A stretch of DNA of 64,000 nt, taken from IMG/VR virus record IMGVR_UViG_2907208306_000002, positions 32,001 to 96,000 of that record; one strand, 5' to 3'. The stretch comes from a virus. Its lineage: Duplodnaviria; Caudoviricetes. The translations under genes were made by a program, and so were the position numbers. A model generated the notes under the pieces. It was given only the letters and a program-made list of their open reading frames with translations. It was not told the DNA's origin and did no database searches. Below are positions 32,021 to 41,777 of this stretch, piece by piece (position 1 is the stretch's first letter; every line of letters begins with the position of its first letter).

Positions 32021-33052
32021 TTGAAAGTGTGGGTGGGAATAGTGTCTAATGAAGTGTACAATGATTATTTATATAATGAAGAACAAAAGAAGAGATATCT
32101 TAAAGGATTGAATGAAAATACTTACACTACGTATCTAAGAGTATTAAAAAGGGCAAGTAAATTAGAAAAACGATTAGGTAAGGATCTTTATAACTTCAAC
32201 ATACATGAGATAGAAGACTTATTAAGTTATCTTGCTCCAAAGACACTCCAATCTGCACACGGTAGCGGCTCCATTATACAAAGTTATATAAGGTGGGCTA
32301 TTAGTCAAGATTTGAGAGACGATAATTTAAATCCATTAGACGTTCTCGGAGGCTTAGATTTTTACGAACGGTTTGTTGATAAGACAAATAAACTTCTTAT
32401 AACAGATGACGAATTGAAAGATATTGTAGGCGACTTAGATAATTATCAAGACATTGTGATTCCCATGGCTCTGTTTGAAGGAATAATGGGAAGGGAATAC
32501 AGTGAATTATTAAATTTGACCTTAGAAGATATAAATCAAAGGGAACACACAGTGCTGCTTAAGAACGAATTAAAAAACGGTGAAATTGAAACAAGGACAA
32601 TAAAAATAAGGGAAGAACTTACAAGATATTTGGTCAAAGCAGCTGAGCAGCAGATATACAGCCAGGACAATGGAAATAGTCGTGCTAAGAGTCCCAATGT
32701 TGAGCTAGTCGAAAGCCCCTTTATTATACGATCAGTAAAGAGAAGAGCAACTGTAAACGAGAAAGCTGATAAACACTTAGTCCTCAGAAGATTAAAGAAC
32801 ATAGGCATATGGAAAGGGCTTAAGCATCTAAGCGCAATTAATTTGCGAAATTCAGGTATGCTCTATATGGCTAGAAACCTGTTAAATGAAGTTGAGCCGT
32901 ATAATTCGCTGGATCGTGATAAAATTATCACTATTTGCCAGCATTATAATATTGGAAAACAATCAAACGATAGCGAATTTTATGCTTATACAAGGTACAC
33001 ACAGGACTTCTTAAATGAAGAAACCATAAGGAAGGTATATGAGATAGAATAA
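32021..33052 (+). CDS. YopR/MrpR-like master repressor (degenerate tyrosine-recombinase fold)
   Basis: YNEEQKKRYL, EKRLGKDLYNF, LFEGIMGREYSELLNL, NLRNSGM; canonical HxxR is altered. Confidence 0.75.
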   Translation: MKVWVGIVSNEVYNDYLYNEEQKKRYLKGLNENTYTTYLRVLKRASKLEKRLGKDLYNFNIHEIEDLLSYLAPKTLQSAHGSGSIIQSYIRWAISQDLRDDNLNPLDVLGGLDFYERFVDKTNKLLITDDELKDIVGDLDNYQDIVIPMALFEGIMGREYSELLNLTLEDINQREHTVLLKNELKNGEIETRTIKIREELTRYLVKAAEQQIYSQDNGNSRAKSPNVELVESPFIIRSVKRRATVNEKADKHLVLRRLKNIGIWKGLKHLSAINLRNSGMLYMARNLLNEVEPYNSLDRDKIITICQHYNIGKQSNDSEFYAYTRYTQDFLNEETIRKVYEIE

Positions 33053-33088
33053 GTTAAAAACTTATTCTATTTTTTTGTTTGAATGGTG

Positions 33089-33117
33089 TTGACAGTGGAA
33101 CAATCCGATGGTATTAT
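33089..33117 (+). promoter_or_regulatory. sigA promoter of the agr-like cassette
   Basis: TTGACA-N17-TATTAT with extended -10 TG. Confidence 0.65.
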
Positions 33118-33163
33118 CAGTATATAAATTATTAATATATTTACTTTGAAAGGATGATCAAGG

Positions 33164-33814
33164 GTGAATGCATTGGTATACATATTATTTTCAATGTTAG
33201 ATGGAATAGCGATTTTTACATTTTCATTTGGTTTTTTTCGATTGAAGATGATGGATTATTGGAAAGAGATAATAATAACAAATTTAGTAATATCGATTGG
33301 TACATTCTTCTATTCGGAAAACAACTTATTGTCAAACTTATCACCGTTTATTAACTTAATAATTTTTATAGCTGCTCTAATTTTTTTCTTTAGAATTTCA
33401 TTTTTCTCAGCGTTTAGAGTAGCCGGTTGCGGATTCCTGGCCCAAACAGTTATTTTAGGATTAGTTCTATCCATTACTTGCTTGGTATTAAATATAAGCC
33501 TTAATGAAATTAAAGAGCATGATTACATAAAATATCCACTTCAAGTGATTGGTGATATTGGAACTGTATTGTTAAGCCTAGTGTTACGTAAAAAGAAAAT
33601 CTGGATGACTAACTTACCTTATTCGTATTCATTTAAGTTTAAGCCAAGCCGTATAAATGTCTTGATTTTTATAGCAACTATAATAGCAGCATTGGTAATC
33701 AGTCGGGCTTCATCAATAAACAATATTTATCTTGGACTAATTTTTTGGATCATCTGCTTTGTTAATCTTTTATTCATGGAAATAAAGAAAGAAATGAGGG
33801 GAGAAATTGATTGA
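33164..33814 (+). CDS. Polytopic membrane protein, AgrC-sensor-like but with no kinase domain
   Basis: 6-7 hydrophobic segments; ends just after the last TM; overlaps agrB. Confidence 0.65.
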   Translation: MNALVYILFSMLDGIAIFTFSFGFFRLKMMDYWKEIIITNLVISIGTFFYSENNLLSNLSPFINLIIFIAALIFFFRISFFSAFRVAGCGFLAQTVILGLVLSITCLVLNISLNEIKEHDYIKYPLQVIGDIGTVLLSLVLRKKKIWMTNLPYSYSFKFKPSRINVLIFIATIIAALVISRASSINNIYLGLIFWIICFVNLLFMEIKKEMRGEID

Positions 33815-34349
33815 CCTTTTTAGTGATAAACTAAGTAGTTATTTAAAAAATAAATACCCAGAAGAACTACCAGCCCTATCCATCGTCCGGTATTCCATTA
33901 AGTTTTTAATCTCTAATGTTTTACCAATCATAATCATCATCTTAAGTTCAATTCTATTTCAAATGACTAAAGAAGTGGTTATAGGTTTGCTTGGGTTTTG
34001 TATACTCCGAATGTTTTCTGGTGGGTATCATGTTAAATCAGCTGAGTTATGTATTTTGACATCAGTAACAGTAATTTATCTCATTGCGATAGTGGGACAA
34101 CAAATAAATAGTTACATGATTGTTTTGGACCTGATTAGTATTATATTGGTTGGAATATATGCACCATCAAATATTAAAAAACAAACAAGAATTAAGGAAG
34201 AAAATTACCGTTATCTTAAACTGATGTCATTGATTATCGTAACGAGTAACATTTTTATACAAAGCAATATTCTCTCTGTAGCTTTTTTAATTCAATCAAT
34301 AACGCTAATTAGAAATTTAAACTCTATGAAGGAGGTGAAAAGTGAATGA
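33807..34349 (+). CDS. agrB: AgrB-family peptide-processing protein
   Basis: LRMFSGGYHVKSAELC (catalytic His/Cys region), YAPS, multiple TMs. Confidence 0.92.
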   Translation: MIDLFSDKLSSYLKNKYPEELPALSIVRYSIKFLISNVLPIIIIILSSILFQMTKEVVIGLLGFCILRMFSGGYHVKSAELCILTSVTVIYLIAIVGQQINSYMIVLDLISIILVGIYAPSNIKKQTRIKEENYRYLKLMSLIIVTSNIFIQSNILSVAFLIQSITLIRNLNSMKEVKSE

Positions 34350-34471
34350 CGAAGCTAAATAAGGTAGCACTAGTTCTTGGAACAATTTTTACAGCTATTG
34401 CAACAACAGTAGCAAGTACAGCGAGCTGGACAATTCTTGGCACTGAAGAAGTACCTAACGAATTGAAATAA
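34346..34471 (+). CDS. agrD: AgrD-like cyclic lactone autoinducer propeptide (41 aa, not in the ORF track)
   Basis: MTKLNKVALVLGTIFTAIATTVASTASWTILGTEEVPNELK: amphipathic leader, STAS-W core, acidic EEVPNELK tail; RBS AAGGAGG; overlaps the agrB stop. Confidence 0.88.
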   Translation: MTKLNKVALVLGTIFTAIATTVASTASWTILGTEEVPNELK

Positions 34472-34556
34472 ACAAAACATTATAATAATGCTTGCGTCTA
34501 TATATGTAAAATTAGACGCAAGCAAGGTATTATATATATAAGGGGGGGGATTAATA

Positions 34557-34937
34557 GTGTATAAAATTATTGTAGTGGGGAGAGAAGGAAAAAAAGTAAA
34601 CGAAGATGCTGAATGGCTAGATATAGATGATGTTGTAGGAATACACTCAGAGATGGTGAAGTATGGAAAATCAATTGTTATATTTAAGACTATGGATAGC
34701 GAATACATAGGCGCACACGGTATTGAAATGACAATGAAATTATTTGAGGATCTTAAGGAATATAATTTTATTAGAGCAGACAGAGGTGTAATGGTTAATT
34801 TAAATAAGATTGAGTCAATTGATGAAAAGAACAAATTATTATTTTACAATAATAAAAAAGATTCTTTTACAGTGTCTAAAACAAGATGGAACGAAGTTAA
34901 GGATCGTTTCATAAAAATTAATTGTATTGCGGATTAA
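34557..34937 (+). CDS. Stand-alone LytTR DNA-binding protein (no receiver domain)
   Basis: FIRADRGVMVNLNKIESID...TVSK. Confidence 0.85.
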   Translation: MYKIIVVGREGKKVNEDAEWLDIDDVVGIHSEMVKYGKSIVIFKTMDSEYIGAHGIEMTMKLFEDLKEYNFIRADRGVMVNLNKIESIDEKNKLLFYNNKKDSFTVSKTRWNEVKDRFIKINCIAD

Positions 34938-35007
34938 TCATAAAAATCCGTACTTATTATAAATAAACATAATAATATAAAAATTAATCTAATCGGAAAA
35001 ATTTAGA

Positions 35008-35055
35008 TTGATTTTGCCTTTTGGCAATAGTATAATTAGGTACAAACATAAGTTC
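35008..35055 (+). promoter_or_regulatory. sigA promoter with a downstream LexA-like box
   Basis: TTGATT-N17-TATAAT; AAAC-ATAA-GTTC at 35044-35055. Confidence 0.55.
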
Positions 35056-35215
35056 GCATAAATTATAAATTCGACAGAAGACGACAAAAATTTGATAAGA
35101 TTACCAACTAACAAGCGATGTCAAGAAAAATTCATAGGGTACTTAATTTTATTGCCTATTTCTAGTAATATTCTATAATAAAGTTAGGACCCTATCCCCT
35201 AGACAATTTATTGAG

Positions 35216-35641
35216 GTGAGGCTTATCGCCAGGAACACCGCTGCCAAAGGAGAATGCAGGATGCTAGAGAGAGTAAAAAGGGCGTTGTGTATTGATGATG
35301 AAGCAATTAATCTGATGAAAACAATCGCTTTTCTCTGCGTGACAGCTCAGGAACAAGAGCAATTGATTGAAGAGTGCCAGGGCAAAGATTGTCAATACAT
35401 TAATCGGTATCTAATAAAGCTTAGGAAAGAAAAAATCCTTAAGCTTGGCTATGATGATCAGCTTGATTTTTCAGAAGACTTTCAACGAAGCAAGATCTCC
35501 GCAATGGAGCGGTTATGTCAAGAGCCTTTGAACGAGTTTAAGTTGGCGAACCTTAAAAGCAATGATCCCGTGCATATATTTAATATACATAGACAGCGAG
35601 GACGATTCGTAAGATTCAACGAATTAGCTTTATACGCCTAA
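35216..35641 (+). CDS. Hypothetical protein
   Basis: ORF with an RBS before MLERVKR; followed by hairpin GCCGAGC-GAAA-GTTCGGC. Confidence 0.65.
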   Translation: MRLIARNTAAKGECRMLERVKRALCIDDEAINLMKTIAFLCVTAQEQEQLIEECQGKDCQYINRYLIKLRKEKILKLGYDDQLDFSEDFQRSKISAMERLCQEPLNEFKLANLKSNDPVHIFNIHRQRGRFVRFNELALYA

Positions 35642-35701
35642 TACATGCCGAGCGAAAGTTCGGCTCCCTTTTAACCTTAAAAGTAAAAATAAAAATAATA
35701 A

Positions 35702-35730
35702 TTGACAATGTAATATCTGGTTGGTATAGT
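35702..35730 (+). promoter_or_regulatory. sigA promoter for the tRNA/replication operon
   Basis: TTGACA-N17-TATAGT with AAAAGTAAAA upstream. Confidence 0.7.
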
Positions 35731-35812
35731 AAAGAAGTGGTTGATAAAAGAATAATTTCATCAAGAATATAAGCGAGTAAATGAGAGCATTAGCAAGTAT
35801 TCTTGAGAATTA

Positions 35813-35891
35813 GCGAGGTAATCTATCTGGTTGATAGAGGCGTTCTTATACAGCGTTATAGGGTTGGGTTCGATTCCCCCACCTCGTACCA
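35813..35891 (+). tRNA. tRNA-Ile(TAT)-like, with an imperfect T-stem
   Basis: Acceptor GCGAGGT/ACCTCGT plus ACCA; anticodon loop CT-TAT-AC; TTCGATT loop; two T-stem mismatches. Confidence 0.6.
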
Positions 35892-35892
35892 T

Positions 35893-35966
<74 letters not shown>

Positions 35967-36130
35967 TATTAAAATAACGTGCTCAGCACGATAACATATA
36001 GTTTCAGAAGCTTGATTCTGTAAAGGTGGTGATGTGAATCCAGAACCAGATGAGAAGTCCTCCCTTGTATAAAGTTCAGTCTCAGAATTAATATAAAACT
36101 AAAATACATATATAAGGGAGATATTAATTA

Positions 36131-37270
36131 ATGGCAGATTACAAAATCAAAACTAACAAAACACATGGTGGTAAAGAGTTTAAAAGCAATTTTCGATTCA
36201 TCGGTAAAGTAAGCCAGGTTAGCAAGAAAGATCCTGAAACAGATAGTTGGGAAAAACAACCGATCTACAAACAAAGCACAACTAGAACAGGTAAGCCGCG
36301 CCGTGTACTTCAATTTGAAGTTGAGACAGCTCTGAGCAACCGGCTACGGGTTGAGCTGGCGGGAATGGAGCAGCAATTCGCTTATCCATATAGCAGCAAA
36401 CATAAGAAATCTCAGAAGGTTGCCTGGAACGATCGTAACGACAAAACAAAGTTTCCAGACGATACATATCATGCAATCGAAGTCGATTGGGACAAGGCAG
36501 AGCGGCTTGGTAAAGTAATCAAGGAAGATGATTGGGTAGAAGTTCGTGGTCAGTATCAGTTTGATACGTTTACTCCTGATGACAGCAACGAAGAAAAGGT
36601 GTTTGTTAAACGCATTATTAGCTCAGTAAGACCAATTCTAAATGGCGTAATTGTTAATGAGGATGGAACCACTCAAACTGTAAAACATGCTGGAGAAGAA
36701 TTTGACTACATTACAGACTTCAACGATCCAAACTTCCGTGAGGTAAACTACTTTACAATGCAGATCGGTATCCGTAGTACATATCAGGAAGAAAGCGGAG
36801 ATACAAAAGTGAACGGCACTTTCCTGGATTACGGTAAGGAACGCTCTGAGCCAAAAGACGTTGAGTTAATTGTCTATCAAAAAGAAGTTCCAGAAGGCAA
36901 GAAGTCCATGGCTGATGCGTTTGCTTCACTTAATACATATGATTTTATTGAAGTAACGGGACAAGACAATAATAGAGCAACATTCAGCTATGTAGATGTA
37001 GTCGAGGAATTGGCATCCGATGACCCATTTGCCGATGTGGATGAAACAGAAAAGGTAACACGTAAAGAGCGTGTAACAAACGGCGATAAGAAGGGGCTTG
37101 AAGTAATTAGTTATGTACAGGGAAGCTTGATGCGCGAGCTGCTTACAGAAGAAGAGTTTAGAAAAACAGCAGCAGTAACAACGGAAAATCCTTTTGCTTC
37201 AAATGATGATCCATTCAGTAATACAGATAACGATCCATTTGCTGTAGATGAATCTGACCCATTTGCTTGA
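36131..37270 (+). CDS. Probable phage single-stranded DNA-binding protein (YorF-like)
   Basis: OB-like segments and an acidic DDPF-repeat tail ending DPFA; upstream of the AAA gene. Confidence 0.55.
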   Translation: MADYKIKTNKTHGGKEFKSNFRFIGKVSQVSKKDPETDSWEKQPIYKQSTTRTGKPRRVLQFEVETALSNRLRVELAGMEQQFAYPYSSKHKKSQKVAWNDRNDKTKFPDDTYHAIEVDWDKAERLGKVIKEDDWVEVRGQYQFDTFTPDDSNEEKVFVKRIISSVRPILNGVIVNEDGTTQTVKHAGEEFDYITDFNDPNFREVNYFTMQIGIRSTYQEESGDTKVNGTFLDYGKERSEPKDVELIVYQKEVPEGKKSMADAFASLNTYDFIEVTGQDNNRATFSYVDVVEELASDDPFADVDETEKVTRKERVTNGDKKGLEVISYVQGSLMRELLTEEEFRKTAAVTTENPFASNDDPFSNTDNDPFAVDESDPFA

Positions 37271-37354
37271 TAAGGTTTAGGTACTATAACGGTCTGTGCT
37301 TAAACAGAGTACAGACCTTAATATAAATATAATTTAAGGGAGAGATTTATTTAA

Positions 37355-38491
37355 ATGAGTTGGAGAAAAACAACAGTAATCAAGAACGTTCCAAAGGTTG
37401 ACTTGCAGGCTTACAATGTACTGATTGCCGGAGGATTCAAGGCAGGGAAAACAAGATTGTGGAAAGAAGTGATGGAGAAGTTTTATCCCAATGATCCAGA
37501 TGCAGGCATCCTTCTGGCTTTTGAAGATGGGTTTTCTAGCTGGGAGCTTGAATCCGTAATTGATATGTACAATAAAGATTGGAAGTTCTTTAAAGATGTA
37601 GTAGTTAAAAACCTAGTGGAAGAAGCTGCAAATGGCAGAGTTTCAAAAGTGATCGGTATTGATACGGTTGATCGAATGTGGTCGATGGCAGAGGAATATA
37701 TTATCGAAACCTATTCAAAAAAATATGGCAAGAAGTTCGCATCGCTTCAAGACATTACAGAAAGTGTTAAAGAACTGAATGGACACACACTTACAAAACA
37801 AGAAGTGTGGAATCAAATTGATACTCTTAAAAGAAGCGGCTACGGTTTCTTTTGGCTCTGTTGGGTGAAGGAACGCGAGACCGTAACAATCGATGATGTA
37901 AAATTTCAATCAATTGAACTTTCCATTAGTAAGTCTGGACGAGACATTTTCGAATCACAAGCACATCTAATTTGTACGCTCTTTAATGAGGTAACGGTAA
38001 CAGATAAAGAAGGCAATGAACTCGAAGAAAACAAAAAATCAAAGAGCGGTAAAGAAATTGCTTCTAAATTCCATAAGAGTGAAGTGATGATGTACTTCCG
38101 TCCCTCTAACTATATTTCCATTGGTGGTGGTCGATTCACAGATCTCCCCGACAAAGTTGAATATAGTGCGGAAAATTTTATCAAGGTATTCGAAAATGCA
38201 GTTAAAGGCCAATTGAAGAATACAGATAAAACAGTTGAGGAACTTAAAGTATCTCAAACTCAAGAACGAGAAGAAAAAGCAAAAGAATTTGCAGAACAAG
38301 TGGAAGAGCAGCAAACTGTTGAAGATTTGATTGCACAAATTGATACAGAAACTAAACGCTTTGCTTCTAACGATCTGAAGGAACGAGTAGTACCAAAGTT
38401 CACAGAAATTTTCGGTTCTCCAAACTATCGCAAATCTGAAGATACCGAAAAACTCAAAGAAGCTTTGGAATTTATTAAATCAACAGCTTAA
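37355..38491 (+). CDS. AAA/Sak4-like ATPase (YorG-like)
   Basis: GGFKAGKT Walker A, LLAFEDG, IGIDTVD Walker B. Confidence 0.8.
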   Translation: MSWRKTTVIKNVPKVDLQAYNVLIAGGFKAGKTRLWKEVMEKFYPNDPDAGILLAFEDGFSSWELESVIDMYNKDWKFFKDVVVKNLVEEAANGRVSKVIGIDTVDRMWSMAEEYIIETYSKKYGKKFASLQDITESVKELNGHTLTKQEVWNQIDTLKRSGYGFFWLCWVKERETVTIDDVKFQSIELSISKSGRDIFESQAHLICTLFNEVTVTDKEGNELEENKKSKSGKEIASKFHKSEVMMYFRPSNYISIGGGRFTDLPDKVEYSAENFIKVFENAVKGQLKNTDKTVEELKVSQTQEREEKAKEFAEQVEEQQTVEDLIAQIDTETKRFASNDLKERVVPKFTEIFGSPNYRKSEDTEKLKEALEFIKSTA

Positions 38492-38578
38492 TACATAGTT
38501 CTGATGAAAGACACTTTTTTTAAATAGCCTCACTTGCAAGAGTGGGGCTTTAACATAAATATCTAACCAACCAGGAGC

Positions 38579-39121
38579 GTGATTATGGGAAGTTTTATTC
38601 TCTTCTTGCTGCTAACGCTATCAGCAAATAAGTCTGAATTAGAGGGCGTTATGAAGGCACAGGAGGCAGCAAACACTATACATAAGCAAAGTGTTCAAGT
38701 TGAAATGTTGGATAAGTCAGAGAAAGCGATTGTTAAACAGGAGCAAAAGGAAAGAGCGACAACAAGTAAAACAAAAGTTAGTAACTCTAGCAAGGTTGCA
38801 ACAGAATGGAAAACATACACTGTTACCGCCTATGATAACGGATACGAGTCCACGCAAAAGCGTCCAGGTGATAAGGATTACGGCATTACGAAGAGCGGCG
38901 AAAAGACCGTTGAGGGGCGCACAGTAAGCGCAGATCCAAGAGTTTTGCCATTGGGTACGGTTATTTACATAGAGAATGTTGGGGAGCGCGTAGTAACCGA
39001 TACAGGTTGGGCAATTAAAGGCAGACGGCTCGATCTCTATTTTGAAAGTCATAAAAGGGCGCTTCAATTTGGGAAACAGAAACTGAAAGTTAAAATAATT
39101 AAAATGGGTGTGAAAAAATGA
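38579..39121 (+). CDS. 3D-domain cell-wall protein
   Basis: Signal peptide; VTAY...ADPRVLPLGT...DTGWAIKGRRLDLY. Confidence 0.9.
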   Translation: MIMGSFILFLLLTLSANKSELEGVMKAQEAANTIHKQSVQVEMLDKSEKAIVKQEQKERATTSKTKVSNSSKVATEWKTYTVTAYDNGYESTQKRPGDKDYGITKSGEKTVEGRTVSADPRVLPLGTVIYIENVGERVVTDTGWAIKGRRLDLYFESHKRALQFGKQKLKVKIIKMGVKK

Positions 39122-39405
39122 AATCTCAAACGGATTTAATTAAAGAAGTGTGTGCGGATGTAGAGGATTTACTGATTAGAAAAAACAATGATTATGGTAA
39201 TTCATTTAGCCTCCAGTTTGAGAAGTATGGAATTCTCAGCGCAATAATTCGAATGGATGATAAAATGAGACGTCTTGAGAACCTGATTAAAGGTCATGAC
39301 CCTCAGGTTGATGAATCACTTGAGGATACACTTAAAGATTTAGTTGGATATGGGACACTCGCTTTGGTGGAGTTACAAAAAAAGAAAGAGGGATTGAATG
39401 ACTAA
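39118..39405 (+). CDS. Nucleotide-modification-associated (DUF1599-like) protein
   Basis: KNNDYGNSF...RMDDKMRRL...DTLKDLVGY. Confidence 0.8.
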   Translation: MKSQTDLIKEVCADVEDLLIRKNNDYGNSFSLQFEKYGILSAIIRMDDKMRRLENLIKGHDPQVDESLEDTLKDLVGYGTLALVELQKKKEGLND

Positions 39406-39934
39406 AAAGCGTTTAGCGGTAGACCAGGATAATGTCATTGCCGATCTACTTTCCTACTGGGTAGACAGATATAACAAGGACTATAATGACAACTTAAAAC
39501 CTGAGCAGGTAAATGCTTGGAATTGGCATCATTTATGCAAGCCAGAATGTGGAGAAAAGATATATACATATATGGATGAACCAGATTTCTTCTTAAACCT
39601 TCCTGTCATGGAAGGTAGCCAAGAAGTTCTAAAGGAGATGAATCTAATATATGACATCTACATTGTGACTGCTCCTTTTAACATGAGAAATGTTCTTCCT
39701 AAATACGAATGGCTTAAAAGTCACTTCCCGTTTTTGGATTCTGGTAAATTTGTGTTCACCAGAGATAAATCGATCATTAATGCAGATTATTTAATCGATG
39801 ATAAGCCGTCTAACCTTGAACATTTCAGTGGCAGCAAAATATTGTTTGATGCGCCTCATAATCAGAATGAGGATAAATATTATCGGGTGAAAACTTGGAA
39901 TGAAGTAAGAGAAATTCTGCTGGATTGGAAGTGA
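39398..39934 (+). CDS. 5'(3')-deoxyribonucleotidase (NT5C, YorS-like)
   Basis: HAD motifs AVDQDNVIAD, KYEWL, DYLIDDK. Confidence 0.9.
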   Translation: MTKKRLAVDQDNVIADLLSYWVDRYNKDYNDNLKPEQVNAWNWHHLCKPECGEKIYTYMDEPDFFLNLPVMEGSQEVLKEMNLIYDIYIVTAPFNMRNVLPKYEWLKSHFPFLDSGKFVFTRDKSIINADYLIDDKPSNLEHFSGSKILFDAPHNQNEDKYYRVKTWNEVREILLDWK

Positions 39935-41406
39935 AAAACTTGTTACCGATTAACTTTGAGCGCTTCGCAGAACTTTACAGATACCTGGAAGATGGAGAAT
40001 GCAGTTATAGTGAGCTGCAGGAACTCAGAGACAAGTTGGAGGATATCAAAGAAATCGTTGAAGATGCAATGGAGAAGTTTTAATGAAGCGTTTGAAAACA
40101 ATTAAATACATATCTGAAACGCTGGTAGAAGATCTGGTTAACGATGTTCTTAAAAACAATCGAGACCCTAACCATATGATACAGGCAGCGCTTGAATCTA
40201 GAAAGGAATATGGTTTAAAGGTTCAGGAGTTTATAGATAGATTAAAGAGTTAAGTTGGGAGGTGGTGATATTTTCCCTGAATTATTCTTTCTTAGTGAAA
40301 CAGATAGATATTTTATAAAATATAAATTGATAACTGATTATGGATTTAAGCTCTATGAACTGGCTTCGTTGTGTGATGTCGATCTTGTAGAATTATTGGA
40401 AAATCAAAAAACAGTGACTATTGATAAGGAGAGATGATTGATCAAATGGTAAGCGAAAATCAAATGCGTAAATTTGTCGACAGTAATTTACCCAATATAA
40501 AAGTAAATCATTTTAGTACAGAAAAGAATCAATGGATTTGTGTTTTTCAAGAGGATTTCAAATATCCCTATATATCATTAACAACGAAGCAAATTGAGGA
40601 ATCGACAGAACTAATAAAGAGTAAATAAAACATGTATTTTAAAATTAGGAGGATTGTTAATAGTGGCATTGGGCGAATGTTCAGAAAAAATTCAAGCTTT
40701 TTGGTTTGGTGCAAATGGATGCGAATATGTTGCTTGGAAAGGATCTCATCAAATTTATGTATATCCGACAGATGAATACCCAAGTCCACCTTCATACATT
40801 ATTCAGCATAAAAAACGAATTGAAACATTAGAAGAATTTGATAATGCATTAATTCATGGAATTAGAATGAGAGCAACCTATTCGGAGATTGGAACGGGCG
40901 TTTTTGGAGATTAAATAAAACTAGGATTTTATGAGGAGATGTTATTTTGGATTTAAATGTAAATGAACTGAAGTTACTTCTTTTCCAGTTGGAACGTGAA
41001 AAGATATCATATGGTCTAACCGATGAAGAATCGGACTTGATGATTAAGTTAGAGAAAAGATATAAAGAATTGGGGGGCTATGTTAAAGAAATCCAACAAG
41101 CCGAGAGCAGCAACTTAGCTCCATGGGAGGGTTGAGACTTTGTTTGATGAATTAACGATTAAGAAAAATGATGATAATACATATTCACTTGAAGTAAAAA
41201 ATGGAGTTGATCAAGCAACAGGAAGAGTAATTGATATTAAAGTAGATAAAATCGAAAATATTTCTATATATTCTAACAAAGAGACTCCACAGCAATTTGA
41301 CTTCTTTGCTTCTAAAGACTGGAAAATTAATATTGAAGGAAATATTATACCAAGTAAAGACGGAGAATTGTGGAGATATGAGGATAAAGGATTTCTAATA
41401 AAATAA
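39931..41406 (+). CDS. Array of small hypothetical genes (e.g. 40255-40437, 40434-40628, 40654-40914, 40947-41135, 41140-41406)
   Basis: Short co-oriented ORFs. Confidence 0.6.
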
Positions 41407-41447
41407 AGATTTGATAGGAAAGGAGAGTATAATAAACTCTCCACATC

Positions 41448-41777
41448 TCAGTAAACTAGATCAAGGCCAAAGAATGAATCAATAATATTCTTTAATTCCC
41501 GTCGTTTGTTTTCGTCTTCTTCTAAAATATATTGAATATCTAAGCCGTTGTTATGAGCTCGAACCTTAAGGATGTCTGCATCAATATACCTTTTGAGATT
41601 ACCAGTCTGAGCAGCTTGTAATGGCACTAAAACCCCTTCTTCGGTTTTAGTGATAACGAATACACAGGCAACTTCAGGAATTTCATTACTAGGATGCAGA
41701 CCAACTCTTTGCCAATCCAGTTTTGCCAATTCTTCAGGCAGAGAGGATCTATTAACCTTAAACACTGATTTATTCAT
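41448..41777 (-). CDS. Hypothetical protein in inverted orientation within the array
   Basis: 109-aa ORF with its own RBS; bracketed by junction palindromes at 41398 and 41833. Confidence 0.7.
   Translation of the reverse strand: MNKSVFKVNRSSLPEELAKLDWQRVGLHPSNEIPEVACVFVITKTEEGVLVPLQAAQTGNLKRYIDADILKVRAHNNGLDIQYILEEDENKRRELKNIIDSFFGLDLVY

Noticed and set aside
32021-33052. Prophage integrase marking an att site
   Set aside because: The catalytic motifs are degenerate and phage genes continue on both sides
34370-34834. 154-aa minus-strand ORF and similar antisense ORFs in the track (e.g. 26477-26908, 50850-51332, 12704-12988)
   Set aside because: They are shadows of better-supported opposite-strand genes or of skewed non-coding DNA, with no RBS or motifs
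28200-35700. Arbitrium (aimR-aimP-aimX)
   Set aside because: No roughly 380-aa TPR/RRNPP receptor or AimP-like propeptide is visible; it could lie outside the window
35975-36095. Possible structured ncRNA after the tRNAs
   Set aside because: Short inverted repeats only; no recognisable family
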